Position numbers and translations under genes: made by a program
Assembly: GCA_963832165.1 (NCBI GenBank)
Contig: CAWHTE010000002.1
Span: 1-64,000, forward strand
Direction: 5' to 3'
From: an uncultured delta proteobacterium
Lineage (GTDB): Bacteria; Myxococcota_A; UBA9160; SMWR01
Length of the DNA stretch: 64,000 bases
Shown here: positions 1-10,645 of the stretch, in pieces
Numbering within the stretch: position 1 is the stretch's first letter
Layout of the letters: each line of letters opens with the position of its first letter
Notes under the pieces: model-generated
What the model was told of the DNA's origin: nothing
The model's database searches: none
The model's input: the letters and a program-made list of their open reading frames with translations, nothing else

Positions 1-32
1 TCGAGCTGATGAAGGAAGCGTCATGTGCGTGA
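1..32 (+). CDS. 3' end of upstream gene, probably hypA (partial)
   Basis: Frame ELMKEASCA* ends at TGA 30-32, overlapping the hypB start; hypA-hypB is the usual order. Too short to identify by sequence. Confidence 0.35.
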   Translation, partial: ELMKEASCA

Positions 33-742
33 CCTGTGGTTGTGGGGGCGAGCAGGAGACCGAGCTGCTGCTCGTCGAGCAGCGGCTGCTCGCGAAGAAC
101 GACGCCCTCGCCGACCACGTCCGCCTGTCCCTCGCCGCGCGCCGGGTCACCGCGGTCAACCTGATGAGCTCGCCGGGCGCCGGCAAGACCTCGCTGCTGG
201 AGCGCACCATCTCCGCGCTCCCGCCCCCACTCGAGGTGAGCGTGATCGAAGGTGACCAGGAGACGTCCTGTGACGCCGATCGGATCCGCGCCGCCGGCGC
301 CCGTGCGGTCCAGGTCAACACCGGAGCGGGCTGCCACCTCGACGCCGCGATGGTGCACCGCGCCCTGCACGATCTCGACCCGCCCGACGACTCCCTGCTG
401 GTGATCGAGAACGTCGGCAACCTGGTCTGCCCCGCCCTCTTCGACCTCGGCGAACGGGCCAAGGTCGTGGTGATCTCGGTGACCGAGGGCGACGACAAGC
501 CGCTGAAGTACCCGCACATGTTCGCCGCCGCCGACCTGGTGGTGGTGAACAAGACCGACCTGCTGCCGTACGTCGACTTCGACGTCGCCGTGCTCACCGA
601 CCGCGCCCGGAACCTCAAGCCGGGCGTCGAGGTGCTGCCGCTGTCGGTGCGCACCGGCGATTCTTTCGACGACTGGCTGAGCTGGCTGTCCGCGCTGCGT
701 ATCGAGGAAGGAGCTCGCCGTGGAGCAACCGTCGGTCCGTGA
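23..742 (+). CDS. hypB: Hydrogenase nickel-incorporation GTPase HypB
   Basis: N-terminal CxxCGC, P-loop SSPGAGKT, GCHLDA, ENVGNLVCPA, EGDDKPLKYP, NKTD. Confidence 0.97.
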   Translation: MCVTCGCGGEQETELLLVEQRLLAKNDALADHVRLSLAARRVTAVNLMSSPGAGKTSLLERTISALPPPLEVSVIEGDQETSCDADRIRAAGARAVQVNTGAGCHLDAAMVHRALHDLDPPDDSLLVIENVGNLVCPALFDLGERAKVVVISVTEGDDKPLKYPHMFAAADLVVVNKTDLLPYVDFDVAVLTDRARNLKPGVEVLPLSVRTGDSFDDWLSWLSALRIEEGARRGATVGP

Positions 743-1568
743 GGCCAGCGAGCGCATCGAGGTGCTGCTCGACGACCTCGGGCAGGGTGCGCCCCCGGCC
801 GTGATGGCGCGCGTCGAGGAGCTGCTCCAGTGCGTGCTCAGCCTCTACGGCGCCGGGCTCGAGCGGGTCCTCGAGACGGTCGGCCCGGACGCCGTACGGC
901 GGCTGGCCGACGACGAGCTGGTCGGCAACCTGCTGGTCCTGGGCGGCCTGCACCCCGACGACGTCGACACCCGCGTGCAGCGCGCGCTTGACCAGGTCCG
1001 TCCGTATCTCGGCTCGCACGCCGGCGGCGTGACCCTCTCCGGCGTTGACGCCGACGGCGTCGTGCACCTCCGGCTCGAGGGCAGCTGTGACGGCTGCCCG
1101 TCCTCGGCCATGACGGTGAAGAGCGCCATCGAGGACGCCATCCTGGTGGCCGCGCCCGACGTGGTGGCGGTCGAGGCGGAGGGGATGGTCAGCGACGAAC
1201 CGGCGCTGTTGCAGATCGGGCGGTTCGAGCCGCAAGCAACCAGCGACGCGTGGACCCGGCTGGACCTGGACGTGCCGCCCGGGACGATGGCTCACGTGCA
1301 CGCTGGCGACGCGGAGGTGCTGGTGGCCAACCTGTCGGGCACCCTGGTCGCCTACGTGGACCGCTGTCCCGTCTGCCTGCAGGCGGCCTCGCGCGGGACG
1401 CTCGACGGCGTCGTGCTCACCTGCGCCTGCGGGACGTCGTACGACGCACGCCTCGCCGGCCGGGCGTTCCCTGGCAGTGAAGGCGGCGGCGAGCCGTTGC
1501 GGCCGCTGCCGCTGCTTCCCGAGGCCGGGGCGTGGAAGGTTGCCGTCCCCGCGGGAGCCCCCTCGTGA
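720..1568 (+). CDS. hhyE: NifU/NfuA-like + Rieske-like Fe-S protein (HhyE-type)
   Basis: VRPYLGSHAGGV...GSCDGCPSS NifU-C motif, then a C-terminal Rieske-like domain (CPVC...CACG); hydrogenase context. Confidence 0.85.
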   Translation: MEQPSVREASERIEVLLDDLGQGAPPAVMARVEELLQCVLSLYGAGLERVLETVGPDAVRRLADDELVGNLLVLGGLHPDDVDTRVQRALDQVRPYLGSHAGGVTLSGVDADGVVHLRLEGSCDGCPSSAMTVKSAIEDAILVAAPDVVAVEAEGMVSDEPALLQIGRFEPQATSDAWTRLDLDVPPGTMAHVHAGDAEVLVANLSGTLVAYVDRCPVCLQAASRGTLDGVVLTCACGTSYDARLAGRAFPGSEGGGEPLRPLPLLPEAGAWKVAVPAGAPS

Positions 1569-2221
1569 CCGGCCTCGGCGCGCTGCGCCGGGTCACCGCC
1601 CCGAAGCCGCAGCAGGCGGCTGAGCCCGAGGAGCTCTGCGAGTTCTGCGCCGTAGACATCGGCGAGCGGCACGGCCACGTGGCCGACCTGCAGGACCACC
1701 GGCTGATGTGCGTGTGTCGGCCGTGCTACCTGTTGTTCGGGCCGCGCGGGTCGGGTGGCGGTCGCTACCGCGGGGTCGGGGAGGACGTCCGTCGGGTCCA
1801 GGACCTGCGGGTGACCGACGCCCAGTGGGACGGCTTGAAGATCCCCGTCGACCTGGTCTTCTTCTTCCGCCAGACCGGCCAGGAGGGACTGCTCACGTTC
1901 TACCCCGGACCCGGCGGCGCCACCGAGTCGTTGCTCGACACGTCTGCGTGGGCCGACCTGGCGGCGGCCAACCCGGTCGTCGACACGGTCGAGGCCGACG
2001 TCGAGGCGGTGCTGCTGCGGCGGCAACCCGACAGTGACCCAGGGGGCTTCTCGTGCTACCTGGTGCCGATCGACGTCTGCTACGAGCTGGTCGGCGAGGT
2101 CCGGCTCTCCTGGACCGGCCTCGGCGGCGGCGCCGAGGTGTGGCAAGCGATCGGGGAGTTCTTCGAGGCGCTCGACGAGAGAGCCCAGCCCGTGTCGAGA
2201 TCATCGGCTGGGTCCGCATGA
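1565..2221 (+). CDS. High-affinity hydrogenase-associated protein (DUF5947, HhaA-like)
   Basis: GTG overlapping upstream TGA; CEFC..H.H..CVCRPC, IPVDLVFF, FYPGPGGATES, VPIDVCYELVG. Confidence 0.85.
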   Translation: MTGLGALRRVTAPKPQQAAEPEELCEFCAVDIGERHGHVADLQDHRLMCVCRPCYLLFGPRGSGGGRYRGVGEDVRRVQDLRVTDAQWDGLKIPVDLVFFFRQTGQEGLLTFYPGPGGATESLLDTSAWADLAAANPVVDTVEADVEAVLLRRQPDSDPGGFSCYLVPIDVCYELVGEVRLSWTGLGGGAEVWQAIGEFFEALDERAQPVSRSSAGSA

Positions 2222-2871
2222 CGGAGGACCCGCTGCCCGGCATCGACCTCGACTTCGCCTGCCTCGACGTGGTGGCCGACCGCTACGCCGCCGGTCCGAC
2301 GGTCCTGATGAAGATGCGGGCCACCGACACCGGCGGCGCGCGGGTGCACGCCGTCGCGCTGCGGTGCCAGGTCCGGGTCGAGCCGGTCCGCCGGTCCTAC
2401 GGCGAGGACGAGGCGGCCAAGGTGGTCGACCTGTTCGGCGACCGCACCCGGTGGGGCAGCACCATGCAGCCGATGCAGCTGGCGTTCCTCTCGCAGGTGC
2501 TGCCGACCTTCACCGGCAGCTGTGACTTCGACCTGGTGCTGCCGCTGTCGTACGACGTCGAGGTCGCCGCCCACAAGTACCTCGCCGCGCTCGAGGAGGG
2601 CGAGGTCCCGCTGATCCTGCTGTTCAGCGGCACGGTGTTCAGCGGGGCGCTTGGGCAGCTCTCGGTGCAGCCGGTGCCGTGGCACAAGGAGACCCAGGTA
2701 CGGATGCCCGTCTCGGTCTGGCGCGAGGCGATGGATGCGCACTTCCCCGGCCAGGCGTGGCTGCGCCTGAGCCGAGCGGCATACGACGACCTGGCGACGT
2801 ACCGCGGCAAGCACGGGCTGGTCGGCTGGGACGACGTGGTGGCGAAGCTGCTGCGGGAGGGGCGCTCGTGA
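2218..2871 (+). CDS. High-affinity hydrogenase-associated protein (DUF6084, HhaB-like)
   Basis: ATGA overlap; LRCQVRVEP, LFG..RWG, YDVEVAAHKY, LLFSGTVF, VPW. Confidence 0.85.
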   Translation: MTEDPLPGIDLDFACLDVVADRYAAGPTVLMKMRATDTGGARVHAVALRCQVRVEPVRRSYGEDEAAKVVDLFGDRTRWGSTMQPMQLAFLSQVLPTFTGSCDFDLVLPLSYDVEVAAHKYLAALEEGEVPLILLFSGTVFSGALGQLSVQPVPWHKETQVRMPVSVWREAMDAHFPGQAWLRLSRAAYDDLATYRGKHGLVGWDDVVAKLLREGRS

Positions 2872-4211
2872 CGAAGCCGTTGACGCAGGCGCGCGCCGTT
2901 GCCGACGCCGTGCTCTACGAGGGGTACGTGCTCTACCCCTATCGCGCGAGCGCGCCGAAGAACCAGGTGCGCTGGCAGTGGGGCGTGTTGATGCCGCCCG
3001 ACGCGGTCCAGCGGGACGCGTCAGAACGGGCTTGGTGCCGGACGGCGGTGGTGGTCGACGGCGAGGCGTCCGCCGTGCGGGCGACCGTGCGGTTCCTGCA
3101 CGTCCAGCACCGATCGGTCGAGAACTCCGACGGCGTAACTGTCGAACGTCTCGACGTCGGTGACACGGTCTTCGTGCCGTGGGACGAGGCGGTGGAGGAG
3201 GAGTCGGTCCTCCACGTTCCCCTCGACGAGTCGGCGACGTTCGACCTGACGGTCGCGGGCGGCCGCTCGGTCGAGGGGGTCCCCGGCGGCCGGCTGGTGC
3301 GGACCCGCGAACCCCTCGCCCTGCGGGTGACCACCACGGTCGTGCAGCCGGTGTCGCCGTACGCCGTCACGCTGCTCACCCTGCGTGTCGAGAACCGCAC
3401 CGGACCACCCGTGGACCCGGCCACGAACCGGCCGCAGTGGCTGCGGCGCGCGCTCGTGGCCTGCCACCTGCTCCTCGAGGTCGACGGGGCGTCGTTCGTG
3501 TCGCTGCTCGACCCGCCGCAGTGGGCGAAGGGGTTCGTCGCGGCATGCGACAACGACGGCGTCTTTCCGGTGCTGGCCGGCCCGGACGACCAGGCGGGCG
3601 TCGTCCTGAGCTCGCCGATCATCCTCTACGACCACGCGCAGCTGGCGCCGCAGAGCGAGACGGCGTTCTTCGACGCCCTGGAGATCGACGAGCTGCTCAG
3701 CCTGCGCACGATGACGCTCTCGGAGGAGGAGAAGCGCGAGGTACGGGGGACCGACCCGCGTGCCGCCGCGCTGCTCGACGAGGTGGACCACATGCCCGAC
3801 GAGCTGTGGGACCGGCTGCACGGCTCGGTGCAGTACCTGGACGCGATGACCCGGCTGGCACCGAAGCCGCCATCGATGTCAGAGCCGGCGGCCCCCTCGG
3901 ACGTCCCCTGGTGGGATCCCGGCGCGGACGCGTCCGTCGACCCGGAGCACGACGCGGTCACCATCGCCGGTGTTCCCGTTCGCCGTGGCACCCGCGTCGT
4001 GCTCCGACCGGGGACGCGCCAGGCCGACGCCTACGACCTGTTCCTGGTCGGGCACACCGCGACCGTCGCGGCCGTGCTGCACGACGTCGACGGCAAGGAG
4101 CACCTGGCCGTCACCGTCGACGACGACCCCGGCGCCGACCTGAAGCTGTCGCACGGCCGCTACCTGTACTTCGCGCCCGACGAGGTCGAGCCGTTGGTGC
4201 CGTCGTCATGA
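2868..4211 (+). CDS. High-affinity hydrogenase-associated protein (HhaC-like)
   Basis: GTGA overlap; ADAVLYEGYVLYPYRASAPKNQVRWQWG, SPIILYDH, EIDELLSLRTMTLS, GRYLYFAPDEVEP. Confidence 0.85.
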   Translation: MTKPLTQARAVADAVLYEGYVLYPYRASAPKNQVRWQWGVLMPPDAVQRDASERAWCRTAVVVDGEASAVRATVRFLHVQHRSVENSDGVTVERLDVGDTVFVPWDEAVEEESVLHVPLDESATFDLTVAGGRSVEGVPGGRLVRTREPLALRVTTTVVQPVSPYAVTLLTLRVENRTGPPVDPATNRPQWLRRALVACHLLLEVDGASFVSLLDPPQWAKGFVAACDNDGVFPVLAGPDDQAGVVLSSPIILYDHAQLAPQSETAFFDALEIDELLSLRTMTLSEEEKREVRGTDPRAAALLDEVDHMPDELWDRLHGSVQYLDAMTRLAPKPPSMSEPAAPSDVPWWDPGADASVDPEHDAVTIAGVPVRRGTRVVLRPGTRQADAYDLFLVGHTATVAAVLHDVDGKEHLAVTVDDDPGADLKLSHGRYLYFAPDEVEPLVPSS

Positions 4212-4711
4212 AGATCCTGGTGGCGTGCGTCGGCAACATCTTCCTCAGTGACGACGGCTTCGGCACCCACGTCGCGGCCGCACTAGCACGGCGCACGATG
4301 CCGGACGGCGTACGCGTCGAGGACTTCGGCATCCGCTCGGTGCACCTGGTCTACGAGCTGATGGACGGGTACGACGTGCTCGTGCTCGTCGACACCGTCG
4401 GTCGGCAGACGGGCCCGCCCGGGACGCTGTACGTGATCGAACCCGAGCTGGCCGACCGCGATGCCCGTGAGGCGCTGCTCGACCCGCACGACCTCGCCCC
4501 CGGCAACGCCCTGGAGCTGGCGCCGCTGCTCGGCGGCTCGGTCGACCGGATCCTGGTCGTGGGCGTCCAGCCCGAGACCCTGGAGGATGGCATCGGCCTC
4601 TCGGACGCCGTGACGGCGGCCGTCGAGCCCGCGGCCGACCTCGTCGTGGACGTCGTCACCCGTGAGCTGGCCGGACTCGAGGCCCCGACCGTCGCCGGAG
4701 GAGGTGGATGA
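4208..4711 (+). CDS. Hydrogenase maturation endopeptidase (HupD/HyaD family)
   Basis: ILVACVGNIFLSDDGFG, DFGIRS, VLVD, DPHDL; ATGA overlap. Confidence 0.93.
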   Translation: MKILVACVGNIFLSDDGFGTHVAAALARRTMPDGVRVEDFGIRSVHLVYELMDGYDVLVLVDTVGRQTGPPGTLYVIEPELADRDAREALLDPHDLAPGNALELAPLLGGSVDRILVVGVQPETLEDGIGLSDAVTAAVEPAADLVVDVVTRELAGLEAPTVAGGGG

Positions 4712-4712
4712 G

Positions 4713-4814
4713 GTGAAGAAGCTGTTCATGCTCCTGGTGTTGGCCGCCGCCGCGGGTGCTGCCGTGGTCTCCATGCCCGACATCAAGCGCTATCTCGAGA
4801 TGCGCCGGATGTAG
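4713..4814 (+). CDS. 33-aa single-TM small protein (DUF6893-like)
   Basis: Not in ORF track. GTG after GGAGG; MKKLFMLLVLAAAAGAAVVSMPDIKRYLEMRRM*; PDIKRY..R.M tail recalled from actinobacterial small proteins. Confidence 0.75.
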   Translation: MKKLFMLLVLAAAAGAAVVSMPDIKRYLEMRRM

Positions 4815-4854
4815 CCACGCGCCGATCCGCGCGGTCCTCGGGACAGGCGGGTGG

Positions 4855-5280
4855 TCAGCCGAGCGGGCCGAGGATCCGGGGGAGGTGATCTGCCCGTTCT
4901 GGTGTGGACTGGGGTGCTGACAGCACCCTGCTGAGGCCGGGCTGCCGACCGGAGCGGTGGCCGGGCCAGTGCTCGAAGTCAGGCTCCCAGCTGGCCGGGT
5001 CGTCGGTGAGGCCGACCAGGTAGGTCAGCGAGCAGTCGAGGGCGCGCGCGATCTCGGGCAGCTTGCAGACGTCGAGGCCGGCGCCGTGCTCGAGGCTGGA
5101 CAGCGCCTTGTTGGTGGTCACCACCCCGATCCGGCGCAGCCGCGCGACGACCTCCTTCTGGGTCAGCCCGAGCTCGCGGCGGCGCTGGCGCAGGCGTTCG
5201 CAGATGAGCAGGTGGCGGTGCGCGCCGAGCTCGTCGTACGACGCCCAACGAGGCGCCGAGTGGGGCAGCGTGGAAGTCAT
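4855..5280 (-). CDS. XRE-family HTH transcriptional regulator (in frame with upstream ORF as sequenced)
   Basis: RLRQRRRELGLTQKEV...LSSLEHG...IARALDCSLTYLVG; own ATG (5280) preceded by GGAGAG. Confidence 0.8.
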   Translation of the reverse strand: MTSTLPHSAPRWASYDELGAHRHLLICERLRQRRRELGLTQKEVVARLRRIGVVTTNKALSSLEHGAGLDVCKLPEIARALDCSLTYLVGLTDDPASWEPDFEHWPGHRSGRQPGLSRVLSAPQSTPERADHLPRILGPLG

Positions 5281-5550
5281 GCGCGACTCTCCCGTCATGT
5301 CCGCGAGCGGCCGGATGTCGTAGCGGGCGAAGTTGAACACCGGGGCCATCGCGAGCAGCCGCTCGAACTCCTCGTGCGACTCCACGTCGTAGATCCAGGC
5401 GCCCCCGTGCGCGCCGACGACGTGGTAGCGCATCAGCACCTTGCCCTGCTCCTCCATCCGGCCGCCGTACTCCGGCATCCGCGCGATCGAGCGGACCATG
5501 GCGTCGGAGAGCAGCGTCTGCTCGAGGTTCCAGAGCACGAGGAACTTCAT
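5277..5550 (-). CDS. Muconolactone delta-isomerase-like / DUF3303-like protein
   Basis: MKFLV...GKVLMRYHVVG..GGAWIYDVESHEEFERLL..P..Y.IRPL pattern; stop ambiguous (ATGA junction in frame). Confidence 0.65.
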
Positions 5551-5562
5551 CAGCAGAGTCCC

Positions 5563-6643
5563 TCAACAGATCCGGGGCAGCTGCTCGCCGATCGGCAGGT
5601 CGACCACCCGCGAGGCGCCGAAGCCGGTGCGTCGTCGACACCATGCCGGGGTGGTCCTCGACGCACCTCGCCGATCACGCACGCGCCCGCGCCGGCCGGG
5701 TGCGCGCGCATCGCGGCCAGGACGTCGTCGGCGACCGACCGCGGCACGAACGCCAGCAGCTTGCCCTCGTTGGCGACCTGCAGCGGGTCGAGGCCGAGGA
5801 ACGCGCAGGCGTTCGCGACCACCTCGGGGATCGGCAGCGCGCGCTCCTGCAGCCGCACGCCGACCTTCGACGCCCTGGCGATCTCGTTGAGCGAGGTGGC
5901 CACGCCACCGCGGGTGGGGTCGCGCAGCACGTGGATGTCCGGGTACGGCCGCGAGCATCGCGGCCACCAGCCCGTTGAGGGGCTGGCAGTCGCTCTCGAT
6001 CGTCGGTCCCGAACTCGAGGCCCTCGCGGACGCTCATGATCGCCACCCCGTGCACGCCGATGTCGCCGCTGACGATCACCACGTCGCCCGGCTCGGCCCG
6101 GTCGGGCCGGATGTCGACGCCGTCGGGCACCAGCCCGACGCCGGCCGTGTTCACGTACACGCCGTCACCGTGGCCGGACTCGACCACCTTGGTGTCGCCG
6201 GTGACCACGCGCACGCCGGCCCGCCGGGCCGCCTCGCCCAGCCGCTGCGCGACCGCCCCGACCTGGCGACGTCGGTGCCCTCCTCGAGGATGAACGCCGC
6301 CGACAGGAACAGCGGCCTGCGCACCGCTCATCGCCAGGTCGTTGACGGTGCCGTTGACGGCCAGGTCGCCGATCAGCCGCCGGGGAAGAACAGCGGCCGT
6401 ACGACGAACGAGTCGGTCGAGAACGCCAGCCGTCCGCCCAGCACGTCGAGCACCGCGGAGTCGCCGAGCCCGGCCAGCGTCGAGTCAGCGAACGCCGGCA
6501 GGAACACGTGGTCGACCAGCTCGGCCGACATCTGCCCGCCGCCGCCGTGGCCCATCACGATCGTCGGGCTGTCGCGCAGCGGCAGCGGGCAGACCCAGCC
6601 CTCGAACGACGGCGCCCCGTGACGATCCGTGAGGGTCAGCTGC

Positions 6644-6651
<8 letters not shown>
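5563..6651 (-). CDS. hypE: HypE (frameshifted in sequence)
   Basis: [46 protein letters not shown]-terminal EQLPRIC across frames. Confidence 0.95.
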
Positions 6652-7778
<1,127 letters not shown>

Positions 7779-7782
<4 letters not shown>

Positions 7783-8108
7783 CGTACGTCTCCTTCCGGA
7801 TCGCTCATGGCCGGCGCCAGGTCCGGCCGCGGCAGGCCGGCCTGCTCGGCCGCCATGCCCCAGTGGTCGCCGAACTCGGCGTTGAGCTCACCCATCTGCC
7901 GGAACAGCTCGAGGGTCTCCAGCGCCGACTGCTCGTCGAGGCGCTGCAGGGCGAAGCCGACGTGCACGATCGTGTACTCGCCGACCTGCAGGTCGGGCAC
8001 GTACTCCAGGCACACCTCCTTGGTCACCCCGCCGAAGTCCACCTGCGCGATCCGGGTGCCGTCGCGCTCCTCGATCTCCAGGACCTGTCCTGGGACGGCT
8101 AGGCACAT
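7779..8108 (-). CDS. hypC: HypC chaperone
   Basis: MCLAVPGQV...VHVGFAL. Confidence 0.97.
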
Positions 8109-8132
8109 GGCATCTCCTCCTGCGTTCTCTTC

Positions 8133-10436
8133 CTAGGTGGTGGTGCGGCGGTGCGCGAGCACCGCGAGCTGTCCGAGGGCGATCCCGGCGTCGCTGGCCG
8201 GGACCACGTGGTGGCGTGAGCACCTCGACGCCGTGGGCCTCGAGGGCCGCCGCGCACGCCGCGGTGAGGAACGCGTTGAGGAAGACCCCGCCGCTGAGCG
8301 TCGCCGTGCCGGTGCCGGTCTCCTCGCGCAGCCGCAGCACGGTGGCGACGACGAGGTCGACGACGGCGTGCTGGAACCGCGCGGCGACCAGCCCGGGATC
8401 GACGCCCGCGCGTACGTCGTCCACGACGGCCGCCACGACCGGGCGCGGGGTCGCCGTCGCCGTCGCCGAAGCGGTAGCCGCTCGACCGCGACCCGCACGG
8501 CCGCGCCGCGCGCCTCCAGCTCCATCGCGGCCTGGGCGTCGTACCCGATCCGGTGGCAGATCCCGGCGAGCGACGCGACCGCGTCGAAGAGCCGGCCCAT
8601 GCTCGACGTCGGCGCGCACCGCAGCCCGGTCTCGAGCTGGCGGTCGAGCAGCGCCGAGCTCGGTGTCGCCGCAGGCCCGCACGCTGGGGACCGACGGGTC
8701 CCACGTCGAGGCCGGCCGACCGCAGGTGGGAGAGGGCCATCCGGCACGGGTTGCGCACGCCGGCGTCGCCGCCCGGGAGCGCGACGTACGCGAGGTGCGC
8801 GGCCCGCTCGTACCCGCGGTAGTCGGCGACCAGGAACTCGCCGCCCCACGAGGCGCCGTCGTCGCCGTACCCGGTCCCGTCGAAGGCGACGCCGATCACC
8901 CGCTGGCCGTCGGCCAGCCCGTGCTCGGCCATCGTCGACGGCGACGTGGGCGTGGTGGTGCTGGACCTCGACGACCGCGTCCGGGGGAACCGGTCGAGGG
9001 TCCAGCGTGCGGGAGCGGTACGCCGGGTGGCGGTCGGCCGCCACCGCCTCGGGCTCGACGCCGGTCAGCATCGACAGGTGCCGGACCGCGGCCGCCGAAC
9101 GCCCGCTGGGTGGCCAGGTCGTCCATGTCGCCGATGTGGCCGGACATCCAGGCGTGCCGGCCCTCGGCCAGGCAGAAGGTGTTCTTGAGGTCGCCGCCGA
9201 CGGCCAGCGAGGGCGGGGCGTCGAAGGGCAGGCCGATCGGCAGTGGTGCGTAACCCCGTGATCGGCGTACCGGCGCCTCGCCCTCGCCGACCGCACGTGT
9301 CACCGAGTCGTCGCACGGCACGTGGATCGGGCGGTCGTGGGTCAGCCACGCGTCGGCCAGGCCGGCCAGCCGGTCCAGCGCGTCGTCGTCGTCGGTGACG
9401 ATCGGCTCGCCGGACAGGTTGCCGCTGGTCATCACCAGCACCGTGGCGCCGGGTGGCTCGGCCGAGCAGCAGGAAGTGCAGCGGTGCGTAGGCGAGCAGC
9501 ACCCCGAGGTCGCCCTGGCCGGGCGCGACGGCGTCCGTGACGGCGCCGGGTCGACGGGCGGCCAGCACGATCGGCCGGCCCCGGCTCGCGACGAGCGCCG
9601 CCTCGGTCGGGGTGAGGTCGACGATCGCGCGCGCGTCGTCGAGCGAGGCGACCATCACCGCGAACGGCTTGTCGCCGCGCTGCTTGCGCTTGCGCAGCAT
9701 CGCCACCGCCGCCTCGCTGGTGGCGTCGCAGGCCAGGTGGTAGCCGCCGATGCCCTTGACCGCGACCACCGCGCCGTCGCGCAGCAGCGACCGGGCCTCG
9801 GCGAGCGCGTCCTCGGCGTACGACGTCCGCGCGACCGGGCGCGACCAGGCGCAGCGTGGGTCCGCAGTCGGGGCAGCAGACGGTCTGCGCGTGGAAGCGG
9901 CGGTCGGCCGGGTCGGCGTACTCGGCCGCGCACGCCTCGCACATCGGGAAGCCGGCCATCGTGGTCGTAGGTCGGTCGTACGGGAGCCCGGTGGTGATCG
10001 TGTAGCGCGGCCCGCAGTGGGTGCAGGTGACGAACGGGTGCCGGTAGCGGCGGTCGACCGGGTCGCGCAGGTCGGCCAGGCAGTCGTCGCAGATGGTCAC
10101 GTCGGGGGAGACGAACGTCCGCCCGGAGGCAGGCTCCGACTCGCGGATGGTGAAGCTCGTGCCCCCGTCGAGTGGGAGGTCCTCGGTCGTGATCTCGCTG
10201 ACCAGGGCCAGGGGAGGGGCGTCGTCGCCGAGTCGTCGCACGAACGTTTCGACGTTCGCGGAGTCCCCCTGGACCTCGGCGACGACGCCCTGGCTGGTGT
10301 TCCACACGGCGCCCGACAGGTCGAGCGTCTTGGCGAGCGAGTAGACGTGCGGTCGGAACCCGACGCCCTGCACCACCCCTCGAACGAAGACGCGGCGGCG
10401 CACAACGAAAGGCCACAACGGCTCGGCCACCGGCAT
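8133..10436 (-). CDS. hypF: Carbamoyltransferase HypF (frameshifted in sequence)
   Basis: [10 protein letters not shown] acylphosphatase, CxxC zinc fingers, [52 protein letters not shown]. Confidence 0.95.
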
Positions 10437-10546
10437 CGCACCCCAAGTGCACGTGGCTGGTCGGGTGGGTCCGGTGGGAGGGCGAACCGCGAGCCATACG
10501 GTTCGACGCCGGGCCGACGGGAACAGCCGTCGGACGAAGTTCTGCC

Positions 10547-10613
10547 AATCTACGACTCGCGGACTCCGCGCGCTACCGACAGCGGAAGTGGATTTCTCAA
10601 CCGCCGATTTCTC
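10547..10613 (-). promoter_or_regulatory. Putative hypF promoter (-10 TAGATT) with upstream GAGAAATC direct repeat
   Basis: aatcta at 10547-10552; gatttctc at 10591-10598 and 10606-10613. Confidence 0.5.
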
Positions 10614-10645
10614 GAGCTCGACGGGCCCGTCGGAGGATGGGCGGG

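Noticed and set aside
10440..10545. NiCo riboswitch in the hypF leader
   Set aside because: No match to the recalled four-way-junction consensus.
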